Positions 49,911-63,223 of a stretch of DNA of 64,000 nt are shown one piece after another. Position 1 is the first letter of the stretch. Every line of letters begins with the position of its first letter. Under the pieces are notes generated by a model. That model made no database searches. It saw nothing but the letters and a program-made list of their open reading frames with translations, and was not told the origin of the DNA. Source of the stretch: Octopus vulgaris (Eukaryota); assembly GCA_951406725.2 (NCBI GenBank), contig OX597828.1:40920001-40984000 (forward strand). The letters run 5' to 3'. A program made the translations under genes and the position numbers.

Positions 49911-50351
49911 AGTTTATCTATCTTTCTATCTATCTGTCTGTCTATCTATCTATTGTATCTATCTATTATCAAATTTTATGACAACTTACTAATTATGATT
50001 CACTTAAATCAGGTTTCAAGATAAAAAGTAACAAAAACAAAAAAGAAACACAAAAAAAGATTCTCTTTCAGTTCCATATCTTGATTTCCTTCCACATTTG
50101 GACAGCTGCTGGTTTACAAATAAATCATTCACCTTCAAATTAGTCTTTCTTTCTTTTCTTTTTTATTATTTGTTTATTCATTGTTTGTTTGAAGCCTGTT
50201 TCTAGCATACACAGAAGAAGGGATGTGTATTAAGAAGTTTGCTTGCCAACCACATAGTTCTGGGTTCTATCTCACTGCATGGCACCTTGGGCCAAGCCTT
50301 GTTAGTAGCTTTCACAGATGGAAACTGGGAGCAGCCTGTTGTGTGTACGTA

Positions 50352-51919
50352 TCATCATCATCATCATCGTCGTTTAACGTCCGTTCTCCATGCTAGCATG
50401 GGTTGGACGGTTCGACCGGGGTTCTGGGAAGCCAGAAGGCTGCACCAGGCTCCAGTCTAATTTGGCAATGTTTCTACAGCTGGATGACCTTCCTAACGCC
50501 AACCACTCCGTGAGTGTAGTGGGTGCTTTTTACGTGCCACCTGCACAGGTGCCAGGCGGGGCTGGCAACGGCCACGGTCAGATTGGCGTATTTTATGTGC
50601 CACCGGCACAGGAGCCAGTCGAGGCGGTGCTGGCATCGGCCACGAGTCGGATAGTGCTTTTTACGTACCACCAGACCAGGGATCCTGGCTGGTTCAATTC
50701 GATTTCGATTTCGCTTGCCCCAACATGTCTTCACAAGCAAAGGGGGTTGGCAAGGGTGCCTGTCGTACGGTCGCATTGGAGTATTTTACGTGCCACGGCC
50801 ACGAGTCGGATAGTGCTTTTTACGTACCATCAGACCAGGGATCCTGGCTGGTTCAATTCGATTTCGATTTCGCTTGCCCCAACATGTCTTCACAAGCAAA
50901 GGGGGTTGGCATGGGTGCCTGTCGTACGGTCGCATTGGAGTATTTTACGTGCCACGGCCACGAGTCGGATAGTGCTTTTTACGTACCACCAGGCCAGGGA
51001 TCCTGGCTGGTTCAATTCGGTTTCGATTTCGATTTCGCTTGCCCCAACATGTCTTCGCAAGCATGGGGGTTGGCATGGGTGTCTGTCGTCGGATGAGGTT
51101 CTATATCGACTTCGCTTGCCTCAACCGGTCTTTGTGTCCAAGGGAGGAAAGGCATTCATAAGTGGGCTGGGCTCACTTGTCCTGCCTGGTCTTCTCACGT
51201 ACAGAATATTTCCAAAGGTCTCGGTCTCTGGTCATTTCCTCAGTGAGGCCTAAAGTTCGAAGGTCGTGCTTCACCACCTCGTCCCAGGTTTTCCTGGGTC
51301 TACCTCTTCCACGGGTTCCCTCAACTGCTAGGGATTGGCACTTTCTCACACACCTATCTTCATCCATTCTCGCCACATGACCATACCAGCGCAATCGTCT
51401 CTCTTGCACACCACAACTGATGCTTCTTAGGTACAACATTTCTCTCAAGGTGCTAACGCTCTGTCGAGTATGTACACTGACATTACACATCCATCGGAGC
51501 ATACTGGCTTCATTCGTCACGAGCTTACGCATGTCCTCAGCAGTCACGGCCCATGTTTCGCTGCCATGTAGCATGGCTGTTCGTACACACGCATCATACA
51601 GTCTGCCTTTTACTCTGAGCAAGAGGCCTTTAGTCACCAGCAGAGGTAAGAGCTCCCTAAACTTTGCCCAGGCTATTCTTATTCTAGCAGTTACACTTTC
51701 AGCGCACCCACCCCCACTACTGACTTGGTCACCTAGATAACGGAAGCTATCAACTACTTCTAGTTTTTCCCCCTGGAAAGTGACGGAAGTTGTTTTCTGC
51801 AGATTTTCGGAGGTTAATGCTCCCGAGCATCTGCCACATACAAAAACTATCTTCCCAGTTAGCCTACCTTTGACATTGCTGCACCTCTTATGTGTCCATA
51901 GCTTACACTGGGTACATCT
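50352..51919 (-). mobile_element. RTE-clade LINE, 5'-truncated copy
   Basis: Uninterrupted frame from 51919 to 51173: FRYLG...LYDACVRTAMLHGSETW...RRLRWYGHVARM...GRGRPRKTW. The 3' UTR has a 159-bp tandem repeat (50638, 50797, 50956) and a (GAT)n tail. Confidence 0.93.
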
Positions 51920-52204
51920 ATATATATATATATTCTTTTATTTGTTTCAGTCAGTTGACTGCTACCATGCTGGAGCACCACCTTAAAGGGTTTTTAGTCG
52001 AAAAAAATCGACCCCAGAACTTATTCCTTGTAATCCTAGTACTTATTCTATCAGACTCTTTTACTGGACCACTAAGTTACAGGGATGTAATCACACAAGC
52101 ATTGGTTGTCAAGTGTTGGTGTGGGTACAAAGACAGACACATACACATAAATACATATATATGTATGTATATATATATATATACATACACACATATTAAT
52201 TACT

Positions 52205-52481
52205 GGCTAAGGCCGGTTTATAGGGTTACCCTGGGTTTCTCACCATAAAGGGCACCTTTATGGCATATCTTCAGACCTTAGACCTGATGGCCTATGGCCT
52301 CTTTAAAATATGGAGGGGGAAACGATACAGATATAAATAATGGGGATTATCTCCCTTTGGTGCCATTCATCAGTTTCCGGCTGTGTCGTCCTCCTTCAGT
52401 CACGCCATCTGTCGGCTATGAGGGTAAAAGGTAGTGGGTTATTCCAATTTCCAGCTGTGGTGTAATTATCACCAATACTGC

Positions 52482-52517
<36 letters not shown>

Positions 52518-52850
52518 GCGGTTCCCAAAACATTAACAAGAATCTCCTGAAATGCAAGCACGGCTCGAAAATCTCCATTCTGGACTTCAGTATGGTCCCT
52601 GGTACATGCGTGTTTTTCAGGATTTCTATGCATTTGGCTACACATAGCTTGCAGCATTTTGTTCCATTTATGTACGGACCTGGATGTTGGAGGATTTTCC
52701 ATGATATCAAATATGGAATTCCATCTTCCTTCAATTTCCAGATATGACTGGCCAGTGATGTTACTTATTTCCTTTCTGGGACCATGAAGGAGGATCTATG
52801 GTTGGAGAGATGTTTCGTAAAGTTCCCATGCATTCAATGTATTTCCTTAG
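52205..52850 (-). mobile_element. Penelope-like element 3' end (GIY-YIG C-terminus plus 3' region with HHR)
   Basis: TSLASHIWKLKEDGIPYLISWKIL...Y....CKLC...SRMEIFEPCLH matches the PLE endonuclease C-terminal pattern. Confidence 0.85.
52221..52280 (-). ncRNA. Type I hammerhead ribozyme motif
   Basis: UAAGGU-CUGAAGA-UA-UGCCAUAAAGG-UGC-CCUUUAUGGUG-A-GAAA-CCC-A-GGG-UA^ACCCUA: canonical core, 11-bp stem II, near-palindromic minimal stem III, 5 of 6 pairs in stem I. Confidence 0.8.
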
Positions 52851-52986
52851 GTGCGTGGAGTCAGTGTCATTTCTACTATTGCTGTTGTTGCTGTTGCTAC
52901 CGCTGCTACTGTTGGTGCTGTTGTTGGGATTCTTTCAGTTTCCATCTAGCAAATCTACTCACAAGGCTGTAGTAGAAGACACCTAT

Positions 52987-53215
52987 TTCTTTACTGCCCA
53001 CAAGAGGCTAAACACAGAGAGGATAAACAAGGACAGACAAAGGGATTAAGTCGATTATATCGACCCCAGTGCGTAACTGGTACTTATTTGATCGACCCCG
53101 AAAGAATGAAAGGCTAAGTCAACCTCGGCGGAAATTGAACTCAGAACGTAACGGCAGACGAAATACCACTAAATATTTCGCCCGGTGTGCTAACGATTCT
53201 GCCAGCTCGCCACCT
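52987..53215 (-). mobile_element. Meta-type tRNA-derived SINE
   Basis: Same family as 1562-1790; TSD-like tagtagaagacacct at 52970 and 53216. Confidence 0.85.
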
Positions 53216-53379
53216 TAGTAGAAGACACCTGTCCAAGGTGCCACACAGAGGAATCTGACCCAAAAACTATGGTTGGGAAGCAAGCTTCCTAACAAACACA
53301 CAGCCATGTCTGTGCCTATATATATCTATAATACATTAAAAGTCAGTTTCTTTCTTGCTTGCTTGTGGTGCTATTGACC

Positions 53380-54130
53380 TGACACTGGCATCAGCCGTGA
53401 CTATGGTCTCACTTGGATTAACAGGTCTACACAAGCACAGTATATCACCAAAGGTCTTTTTGTCTCCAGTCACTGCCTTTATGAGGCCCAATGCTTGAAA
53501 GGTGCTTTTTACATGCCACCAGCATCAACCATGACTATGATTTCACTTAGTTCGACAGGTCTCACTTGGCTTGATGTCACTGCCTCCATGTGGCCCAATG
53601 CTCAAACGATGCTTTTTACATGTCACTGGCATAGATGCCAGTTAGATGGCACTGGAATTGGTCATGACTATAATTTCACTTGGTTCAACATTTCTTCACA
53701 AGCACAGCATATCGCCCAATGATTGAAGGGTACTTTTAATGGGCCAGTTATGTGGCACCGACATCAGCCACAACTATGGTCTCACTTGGCTTGACAGGTC
53801 TTCTCAAGCACAGCATATCTCCAAAGGTCTCAGTCACTTGTCATTGCCCCTGTGAGGTCCGACATTCGAAGGTCGTGCTTCACCACCTTGTCCCATGTCT
53901 TCCTGGGTCTACTTCTTCCACAGGTTCCCTCCACCATTAGAGTGTGACACTCCTTCACACAGCTGTCCTCATCCATATGCATCACATGACCATACCAGTG
54001 CAGTTGTCTCTCTTGCACACTACATCTGATGCTTCTTATGTCCAGCTTTTCTCTCAGGACACTTACGCTCTGTCATCCATGCACACTGACATTACACATC
54101 CAGTGGAGCATCCTAGCTTCATTTCTTACA
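53380..54130 (-). mobile_element. Older RTE LINE fragment
   Basis: QERQLHWYGHVMHMDEDSCVKEC...GRSRPRKTW is homologous to the 51.2-51.6 kb copy. Confidence 0.85.
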
Positions 54131-55678
54131 ACCCTATATTTTCAGAATGACATTGTAGGATATGTGTGAGAGGCGAAACCTGACTGGTTTGCACATAAAA
54201 CATGGGAAATATTTGGGCTGGATATGGTCAGTTTAAATACTGAAGGGTTAAGGCAGAAAATATGGAAAGAGTGGACAGCATGCCTCTGGACTGGAGACTC
54301 AGACATGTAGGTGATTGATTTTACATTAATCCTTCAAGAGAATTTTCTTTGGATTAGAGAGGGCAGAGCCATCTTTGTGCCATTATTAGCCCCTAGGCAA
54401 ATCAATACACTGGGGTTATATGGTATTTATCTATTGACAGCAAGCCACAGCATACATCGATAAAAATTGGGCCCCTTGACCTGTGCATCCTTCAGGTGAC
54501 TGCCCAGTGTGCCCCTGTTTTTTAAGATGTCGCCGAGTGTAGGACGTTTGTTTATGGAGTAGCAACAGCAGCAGCAGCACTGGTCAAGATGAGAGCAAAA
54601 CATTATTAATAACCTCACTGGAGCTTTCTGGAATGACCATCATCATCATCAGTAGCAGCATTGTCATCATCATCATCATCAGTAGCAGCATCATCATCAT
54701 CATCATCGTTTAGCATCAACTTTCCATGCTGGCATGAGTTTGAAGTCTTGACATGAAGCTGTCCAGACTCCAACTGTCTGTTGTGGAAGGGTTTCTCTGG
54801 CTGGATGCCCTTCCTAATGCCAACCACTTAACAGAGTGTGCTAAGTGCCACTAACATGCCAGTGGTTAAGGTATTGGATTCATGATTGTAAGATTGTGGT
54901 TTTGGTTCTTGGAGTGGGCAATGCACTTTGTTCTTGAGCAAAGCACTTTATTTCATGTTGCTCCAGTCCACTCAGCTGGAAAAAATGAATAATCCTGTGA
55001 TGGACTGGCATCCCATCCAGGAAGTGGGGGAGATATATATGTCACAGGAACTGGGAAACTGGCCCTATGAGTCTAGATGGCTCAAGAAGGAGCTATCACC
55101 CCACTGGGTAGGCAAAGAGGCCAGCATTACCCCAGGCTAATCCATCACAGGGTCACTTATTTACAGCTGAGTTGACTGGGGCGATGTGAAATGAAGTGTT
55201 TTGCATAAAATGCAACGTTCCGATTTGTCCAGAAAATGAACCTACAATCTAATGATTGTGAGTGCAGCACTCTAGCCACTAGGCTACATGCCCTCACCTT
55301 TGTACCAAGTCAAAAATCAATGTGTTATTTACTGAGAGTAGAATTGAAATGCTGCTATGATTTTGCAAGTCCTCCTCTTGGTGTTTGCTCCTCTTTATTA
55401 CTAACTTATGAGATGAAAGATTTAGGTATACATGTACACTTCCACTTGGCAATTTAACCCTTTAGTATTTAAACCAGCCAAATCCTGCTCTTGTCCCTAC
55501 ACCTTAAAACGTCATTCTTAAAATAATCAGTTGCATCCTTGAAATCTTGAAGCTACAAGAAAATGTATGATTAATTTAAAGTAATGTGATTTAACAAGCA
55601 TTACATTTGACAGAGTAATTTGCATGCTAAGTGAGCACAGCCTGAGTAGAAAAATATTTTGTTCTTTTCTCTAAGTAT

Positions 55679-55767
55679 TTAACACGTTAACTGCCACATG
55701 TACAACCAGTGGTTCATCAAAGCATCACACAACCATCAATAACAGGCTGTGGCAGTTAACGTGTTAA
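55679..55767. mobile_element. 89-bp TTAA-flanked hairpin MITE
   Basis: ttaacacgttaactgccaca / tgtggcagttaacgtgttaa form a perfect 20-bp inverted repeat. Confidence 0.65.
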
Positions 55768-55786
55768 ATAAACAAAGCCTTAAGAT

Positions 55787-56170
55787 GTGTGGAAGCACTC
55801 CGTCGGCTACGACAACGAGGGTTCCGGTTGATCCGATCAACGGAACAGCCTGCTCGTGAAATTAACGTGTAAGTGGCTGAGCACTCCACAGACACGTGTA
55901 CCCTTAACGTAATTCTCGGGGATATTCAGCGTGACACAGAGAGTGACAAGGCCGGCCCTTTGAAATACAGGTACAACAGAAACAGGAAGTAAGAGTGAGA
56001 GAAAGTTGTGGTGAAAGAGTACAGCAGGGAACATCACCATCACTGCCAGAGCCTCGTGGAGCTCTAGGTGTTTTCGCTCAATAAACACTCACAACGCCCA
56101 GTCTGGGAATCGAAACCGCGATCCTACGACCGCGAGTCCGCTGCCCTAACCACTGGGCCATTGCGCCTCC
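55787..56170 (-). mobile_element. tRNA(Arg)-like-head SINE
   Basis: Inverted copy of 42886-43256; TSD-like ccttaagatgt on both sides. Confidence 0.88.
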
Positions 56171-57493
56171 CCTTAAGATGTAAGCATGCTCTGATCTACT
56201 TCCAAACTTCTTTAGCACATTGGCATCAGAATAGCTGAGCAAAATATTGTCATCATGAAATAATTTGTAATTGGGTGAGTTATCTACTTATTTGGTTTGG
56301 ATACTTTTGTGTGATAGATTAGATGTGAAATGGACAGTTAAACCTTTGAGAAATACAGACAGGGAAAAATGAGAATAAAGGCTGAGGGACCATCAGCCTA
56401 AGTGAGTGGAATTATTTGTGAAACTTATCTGAAGCTTTCTACTAGAGCAATATCTGATTGTCACTGATTGGCACATAGAAAAACTTAAACACAGCATTGT
56501 GGTCAATCAAAATACTTGTAAACTATATATTGGTTTTTTAGCATAGGGGAAAAAGATGCATGTGGTTAAAGCCTTGGTAATATCATAATCTTCTGGATTA
56601 ATGAGAGTCATAATAAAGAACATCGAGAAATCCGAAGGCAAGTTAAAGTTGACTGTCACATTTATTTTGCTGCTAAAAGAAAATACAGCAATATGAATAA
56701 TTCTGTTAATTAAAATACATAGGTTCACTGTGCTTCTTAATCCTGTTGAGGTGTGTGGGAAAAACACAAGGCATGATGACAGGAAAATCTTCTGATGATT
56801 CTCTCCTCATTGAAACTGCAAAGAGGAATAAAACTGCTCTCATGCCATTGATTTGAATTCGCTTGTGGTGACCCACCGCAATGAGGAATGTTGGTGCTCT
56901 TAGCTAGTCTATCATGTTAAGGGGTGGACAGCCTGCGTAAAGCTAAATCGACTTGGGGTACCTAAAGATAAAGAAGCAAAATGTGGGTACCCAAAGGTAA
57001 AGAATGAACGTGTTTGCTAAACTTTCATTCCAAAACCTAACTCGTGATATTTATTGTGACTAAATTTACTGAAACAACAAGAGGCTTAATAATTTCATTG
57101 TTGACACAGCATCAAAGGGCTAATGGGATTCAAAACATTCATCTACTGGACAGTAGATCAACATCTTATCTTACTTTTCAGAACTGGCTGTGATTGTGTG
57201 GAAAAAGGATTGTCTAAAAATAACTACAACATACACACTCACTTTGTTTTGTTAAATCAATACAGTAGACTCCCTGATCCAACAAATGTTTTATTATGAT
57301 TATCCAGTTAGGCCTGTTTCTTCCCCTCTCCCCTCTGACTGGCTCCAAGTCAACACTTCATATTGATAAGAATTGCACCACTTGGAATTTATTGTTGGTT
57401 GATCATTTTCATTCAGTCTTGAACCGTGATTCCAAACTCTGGAGACTGTATTCAGATATGGAGTTGCTAAGCATTTATTTTAGGTATCTAGAG

Positions 57494-58950
57494 CTCTTTT
57501 ACTTGTCTCAGTCATTTGACTGTGGCCATGTTGGAGCACCGCCTTTTGTCAAGCAAATCGACCCCGGGACTTATTCTTTGTATCTCTAATACTTATTCTA
57601 TCGGTCTCTTTTGCTGAACTACTAAGTTACAGGGATGTAAATACACCAGCATCGGTTGTCAAGCGATGTTGGGGGGACAAACACAGACACACAAACACAT
57701 ACACACACATACAAATGTATATATACATATATATGACAGGCTTCTTTTTAGTTTCCGTCTAACAAATCCACTCATAAGGCTTTGGTCGGCCCGAGGCTAT
57801 AGTAGAAGACACTTGCCCAAGGTGCCACACAGTGGGACTGAACCCGGAACCGTGTGGTTCATAAGCAAGCTACTTACCACACAGTCACTCTTATGCCTAT
57901 GAACTATTCATTATTTATTAATAGTAGCAAAATGTTTTTGATGGAAAATCAAATAATTATTTCAAATAATGTAAAATCAAATAATCAATAGATAAAATAT
58001 GGATTCCAAATTCCTCAATTCTAATTTTGAATCTTAAATAATTACAAAGTATCTTAATGACAAGACAGGGAAATATTGGGGAATATTAACAAAATAGTCA
58101 AATACTAAAAGTATATAGTGTTATATTCTTGTAATGCATAAAGTAGAATTGTAACCAAAGTAAGAAATTGATGAATATGGAATATGTCATAGAAAAAGTC
58201 TTTGAGAATTATTTTTGTGGAGGATATTTATAGTGGAAAACATTGACAGCCTATCTTTTTATCCAAGAAGGTTATCTACCATCATATGCTATTATGCCTG
58301 CAACCTCCATCTTGTCTAGAATATCAATATGCTGGAAGCTGTCCAGAGACGTACACTGAAACAAACACTTTCCATCAGTCACATACCATATCTTCAACAC
58401 CTTGCTCCTCTGGGCATTGACATATTAAAGCTTTGACATCTAGCAGCTGACTTGGTAGAAGACCGCAAAGTTATTAATCGTTTTTCCAAAATCAACTATG
58501 GCCACCATTTTTAATTCAATATTTCCACAACTCATAGATACACTCTTATACTCTTTTACTTGTTTCAGTCATTTGACTGCGGCCATGCTGGAGCACCGCT
58601 TTTAGTCGAGCAAATCGACCCCGGGACTTATTCTTTGTAAGCCCAGTACTTATTCTATCGGTCTCTTTTGCCGAACCGCTAAGTGACGGGGACGTAAACA
58701 CACCAGCATCGGTTGTCAAGCAATGCTAGAAGGACAAACACAGACACACAAACACACACACACACATATATATATCTATACATATATACGACAGGCTTCT
58801 TTCAGTTTCCGTCTACCAAATCCACTCACAAGGCATTGGTCGGCCCGAGGCTATAGTAGAAGACACTTGCCCAAGATGCCACGCAGTGGGACTGACCCCG
58901 GAACCATGTGGTTGGTAAACAAACTACTTACCACACAGCCACTCCTGCGC
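57494..58950 (-). mobile_element. Two composite SINE copies (57494-57897 and 58542-58950)
   Basis: Same family as 14683-15122. Confidence 0.85.
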
Positions 58951-61546
58951 TGTGTGATATGCTTATAAGATAAAAAAAAAAGCACACACACAGTCTCCAT
59001 GACTTTTAAAATCATATTATTCATGCTCCCTGAAGTGCATAAGCACCCTTTCCTCTTTATGGCTCTTTTACTGTTCACTTTTCTGTCTTTTTGTATTTTA
59101 TCTTGTGTAATACGCTTTCACTTTTGGCTTTCACTGCTGTCTTTCTTTACTTGACTGATTGCTGTTTTCTCTCTCCTCTTTTATCCTTTTCTGATGAGTT
59201 GTAGTGCACCTGAGTACTATATATATAATAAACATGTGAAGGCGCATGGCTCAGTGGTTAGAGCGTCGAGCTTACGATTGTGAGGTTGTGAGCTCGAATC
59301 CCGGAACGGACTGCGTGTTGTGTTCTTGAGCAAGACACTTTATTTCATGTTGCTCCAGTTCACTCAGCTGTAGAAATGAGTTGCGACGTCACTGGTACCA
59401 AGCTGTATCGACCTTTGTCTTTCCCTTGGATAACACTGGTGGCGTGGAGAGGGGAGGCTGGTATGCATGGGCGACTGCTAGTCCTCCATAAACAACCTCG
59501 CCCGGACTTGTGTCTAGGAGGGTAACTTTCTAGGTGCAATCCCATGGTCTGTGTCGTGACCGAAGGAGGTCTCCGAATAAACACATTATTATTTCTTATG
59601 TTTTGCAAGGACTGGTTTTTTAGCTAAAAATTCTTCAGGCACATGCCATATTTGCTGGTGTATAAGAAGCACTCTCATACAAGACAAAGCCCTACATTTT
59701 GTAGAAAAAAGCAAATTTAGCACTTCATCATCACTAGCATAGCTAGAAGTGGGGATCTGCCCCGGGCAGTCCTTTTATGGAGGCAACACCACTTTTGGGT
59801 CTGCTGTAGGCAATCTGTATTATTTGTGTGGGCCCAGGGGTGGCAAACTGAAGGACCACCTTGGGCAGCATACACTTTAGTTATAATAATGTTCATACAC
59901 TCTTACACTCAGTAATCCATCCATAATGTGGTTGCATTAGATGCATGACAATTTCTCTATTACATTTAATGACAATGTTCATGATAAATCATGGCAAGGA
60001 ATAGTGGAAGTTACCAGTTCCAATTTTCATTTGAAACTGCTTATAGATATTACTTATAAACTATATTATTTGTTCAATCACGGAACTATATAATGCATAC
60101 CTATTTTACTCTGATCCTTCCCCCATTTTTGATAAACTGGAATATACTCTCAACTGGGGATATTCCCTTATTTTTTTACATCTCCCTGATTTCTCCCTCT
60201 TTCATGATGGGATATTCAGCTCATGAAATCCTGGCTCAGTGTGATAATCCACATGCTTGGCTATTCTAGAAACAGTTGTAAGAGACTCTCTGTGTTTATA
60301 TTCTCTATCTAAACATGTCTTTTTCAAGTGATGCCACACATCTTGCTTTTTCATTTTTACTTTAATATGTATGTATGTATGTATGTGTGGAGACACATGG
60401 CCTGGGGGTTAGAGCAGTGGACTTGCGGTCGAGGGATCGTGGGTTCGAATCTCAGACTGGGTAATGTGTGAGTTTATGAGCGAAATATCTAAGCTCAACG
60501 CGGCTCTGGCAGAAGGTAATGGCGAACTTCTGCTGACTCTTTCACCACAACTTTCTCTGACTCTTTCCTCCTGCATTTTGCAGCTCACCTGCGACAGACT
60601 GGCGTCCTGTCCAGGTGGGGAACCTATATACCAAAGAAACCAGGAAACCAGCCCTTATGAGCCAGGCGTGACTCAAGAAGGAACAAACAATGTATGTATG
60701 TATGTACATCACCTTGGTTAAGAAGGTTGCTTTGAACCTATATAATTTCAGCAACTTAGATGAGTTACTGCACAGGGATCTGATAGCCTCTATGTTATCT
60801 CCAGGCTGACCAAAACCTTATGGGTGAAATCTGGTGATGGAAACTGTGTGGAAGCCCATCAGAGTGTCCACTGCTGATTTTGGGGTGATTTCTTAACCTG
60901 TTGCTCAATATAACATGACCATCTGACCCTTGGACACAGATAATGGAATTTGCAGAGTCAACTGTGTTGCAAACTTTCTGGGTTGGTTTCAAAATTTTAA
61001 TATGAGGATACCTTCTAAAATAGTGAGTTAGCAGAATTGTTAGCACGCTGGTTAAAATGCTTAGTGGCATTTTCTCCATCTTTATGTTCTGATTTCAAAT
61101 TCTGCTAGGGTTAGTTGACTTTACCTTTCATCCTTTTGAAGTAGATAAAATAAGTGCAAGTTAAGCAGTGTATGTGGGGGGGGGGGTCAATGTAAACAAC
61201 TTACCTCTCCACCAAACTTGCTGGCTTTGTGCCAAAATTTGAAACCAATATGAACATAACTTCCTTTAATCAGTGTTGGAGACCCCAAAAAGGAACATAG
61301 CATTGCTATTTCTCTGCTAACTAAGCTGTAAAAAGAGAAAAAAAATCTCCAATTTGATAACTAAAGATTTTAAGGGGTTTCTTTGTGTAAAATGTATGTC
61401 TCGTATTTCACTTTCCCAGTATGGACTGTGGCTCTGGATTCGAGTTTGAAATTCACCGAGTGTGATGATTTCAATGAATATATTTTGAAAATGCCCATTA
61501 CATGGCAAACTGAGATAATAGAGCAAACTTCAACCTGTGTGACTTT

Positions 61547-61981
61547 TTAACCCTTTTGTTACTGTATTTATTTTGAGATGTTCTGTGTTTCTTTCAATTA
61601 CTTTAAATATAACAAAGAATTTAGTAAAATAACTTAGTTATCATTCACTCAGCTGTAGAAATGAGTTGCGACGTCACTGGTGCCAAGCTGTATCGACCTT
61701 TGTCTTTCCCTTGGATAACACTGGTGGCGTGGAGAGGGGAGGCTGGTATGCATGGGCGACTACTGGTCTTCCATAAACAACCTTGCCCGGACTTGTGTCT
61801 AGGAGGGTAACTTTCTAGGTGCAATCCCATGGTCATTCATGACCGAAGGGGGTCTTTAGTATTATGAACATAAATTGTGACTAAGGTTTGGTGGAAGATT
61901 TTAATTCCAAACTTATGAAAACAAGACATTTGTACTCAGAGCTAGAGTTGGTTTCAGCCGGGTTGGTAATGAAAAGGTTAA
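61547..61981. mobile_element. piggyBac-type MITE with nested SINE fragment (61645-61856)
   Basis: Ends TTAAcccttttgttac / gtaatgaaaaggTTAA; inverted copy of 18191-18419. Confidence 0.8.
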
Positions 61982-62272
61982 ATATGTCTAATTTCATGAG
62001 GAAAATAACGTATGCCAAATATTTTTGGTAGTGCAGCCCACTTGATGATAAACCATGTCTCATGCAGCCTGTTTCTCAAAAAAAGGTTGCCCATTCGTGG
62101 AATAGAGGGCATTGTCTCTTGTCCTGATAATGTTTTTTACTGTCACTTAATTCTATCACTAAACTAATCTCGTCTTTGTTGAAATGTGAAGATGGTGAAT
62201 GGCATCCAGTTGTCAAAGATCACTTGTAGCAGATCCTTTGAAGAATTTCATTGTTTGTTTGCCATCAACTCT

Positions 62273-62418
62273 TCACAGAGTTATAGGGCTGCCTTGTGAT
62301 ATACTGAGTCTCTTGAGCAATTCAAACTTGTTAGATCTCATGTTTTTCCTGGTCTGGTCACAGCTGATTTGTTCCTAAGAGAAAATGATAGAAAGTGTGT
62401 GTGTGCGTGTATGTGTGA

Positions 62419-62477
<59 letters not shown>

Positions 62478-62653
62478 GGGAGAGAGAAGGGGGAGAGAGA
62501 GAGAGAAGGGGAGAGAGAGAGAGAGAGAAGGGGGAGAGAGAGAGAGAGAAGGGGGGGAGAGAGAGAGAGAGAAGGGGAGAGAGAGAGAGAAGGGGGAGAG
62601 AGAGAGAAGGGGAGAGAGAGAGAGAGAGAGAAGGGGGAGAGAGAGAGAGAAGG

Positions 62654-62694
<41 letters not shown>

Positions 62695-63223
62695 GGGAGA
62701 GAGAGAGAGAGAGAGAAGGGGGAGAGAGAGAGAGAACCACCACCGATATTTCCAATGCTTTGCCAATTTGCCACCTTATGAATATGTTATGGCAAAAAAT
62801 TCGACCCCCTTTCTTTCTCTCTCTCTCTCTCTCACACACACACTATTATTATACCCACTCCTCATTTTAACTCCCCTAAATATTGACAGGTACACAATAC
62901 CAACAGCAACGTACGAAGACTCCATTGATATAACTTTTACACACAGAAGTAAGACTGGTTTGATATGGATGTATAAAGAATAGTTCGTTGCTGTCAATGA
63001 ACTGTTGCACATTTAAAGAAAATATATAAGGGTGTTATTTTTGCATATTTAACCTTTCAAAGTGTTGTTGGTCTCAACAGATTTTTTTGCCGACGATATT
63101 TTTAGAGGGACATAATTCTTGACTCCTCTGAATGTAGCTTACCTCCCTTCCCACAGCTGGGATGGAACAACAGTCTTTAATTTGAAACAATGCTAATAAT
63201 TTTGAAATTCGGGTTTTAGTCAT
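62273..63223 (-). other. Candidate spliced transcript (small 89-codon ORF or lncRNA): exons 63223-63143, 63001-62915, 62374-62273
   Basis: Donor GAG|gtaagc, acceptor ttttctttaaatgtgcaacag|, donor TTC|gtacgt, acceptor tttctatcattttctcttag|; all phase 0 and open. No recognisable homology. Confidence 0.3.

Noticed and set aside
56507-58500. Possible minus-strand coding exons (56507-56815, 57300-57470, 58280-58360)
   Set aside because: Short open frames with some splice-like signals, but no consistent phase chain or recognisable protein.
59190-59225. CTGATGAG as a hammerhead core
   Set aside because: No GAAA or stems follow; the adjacent sequence matches the CR1 3' end at 63575-63600.
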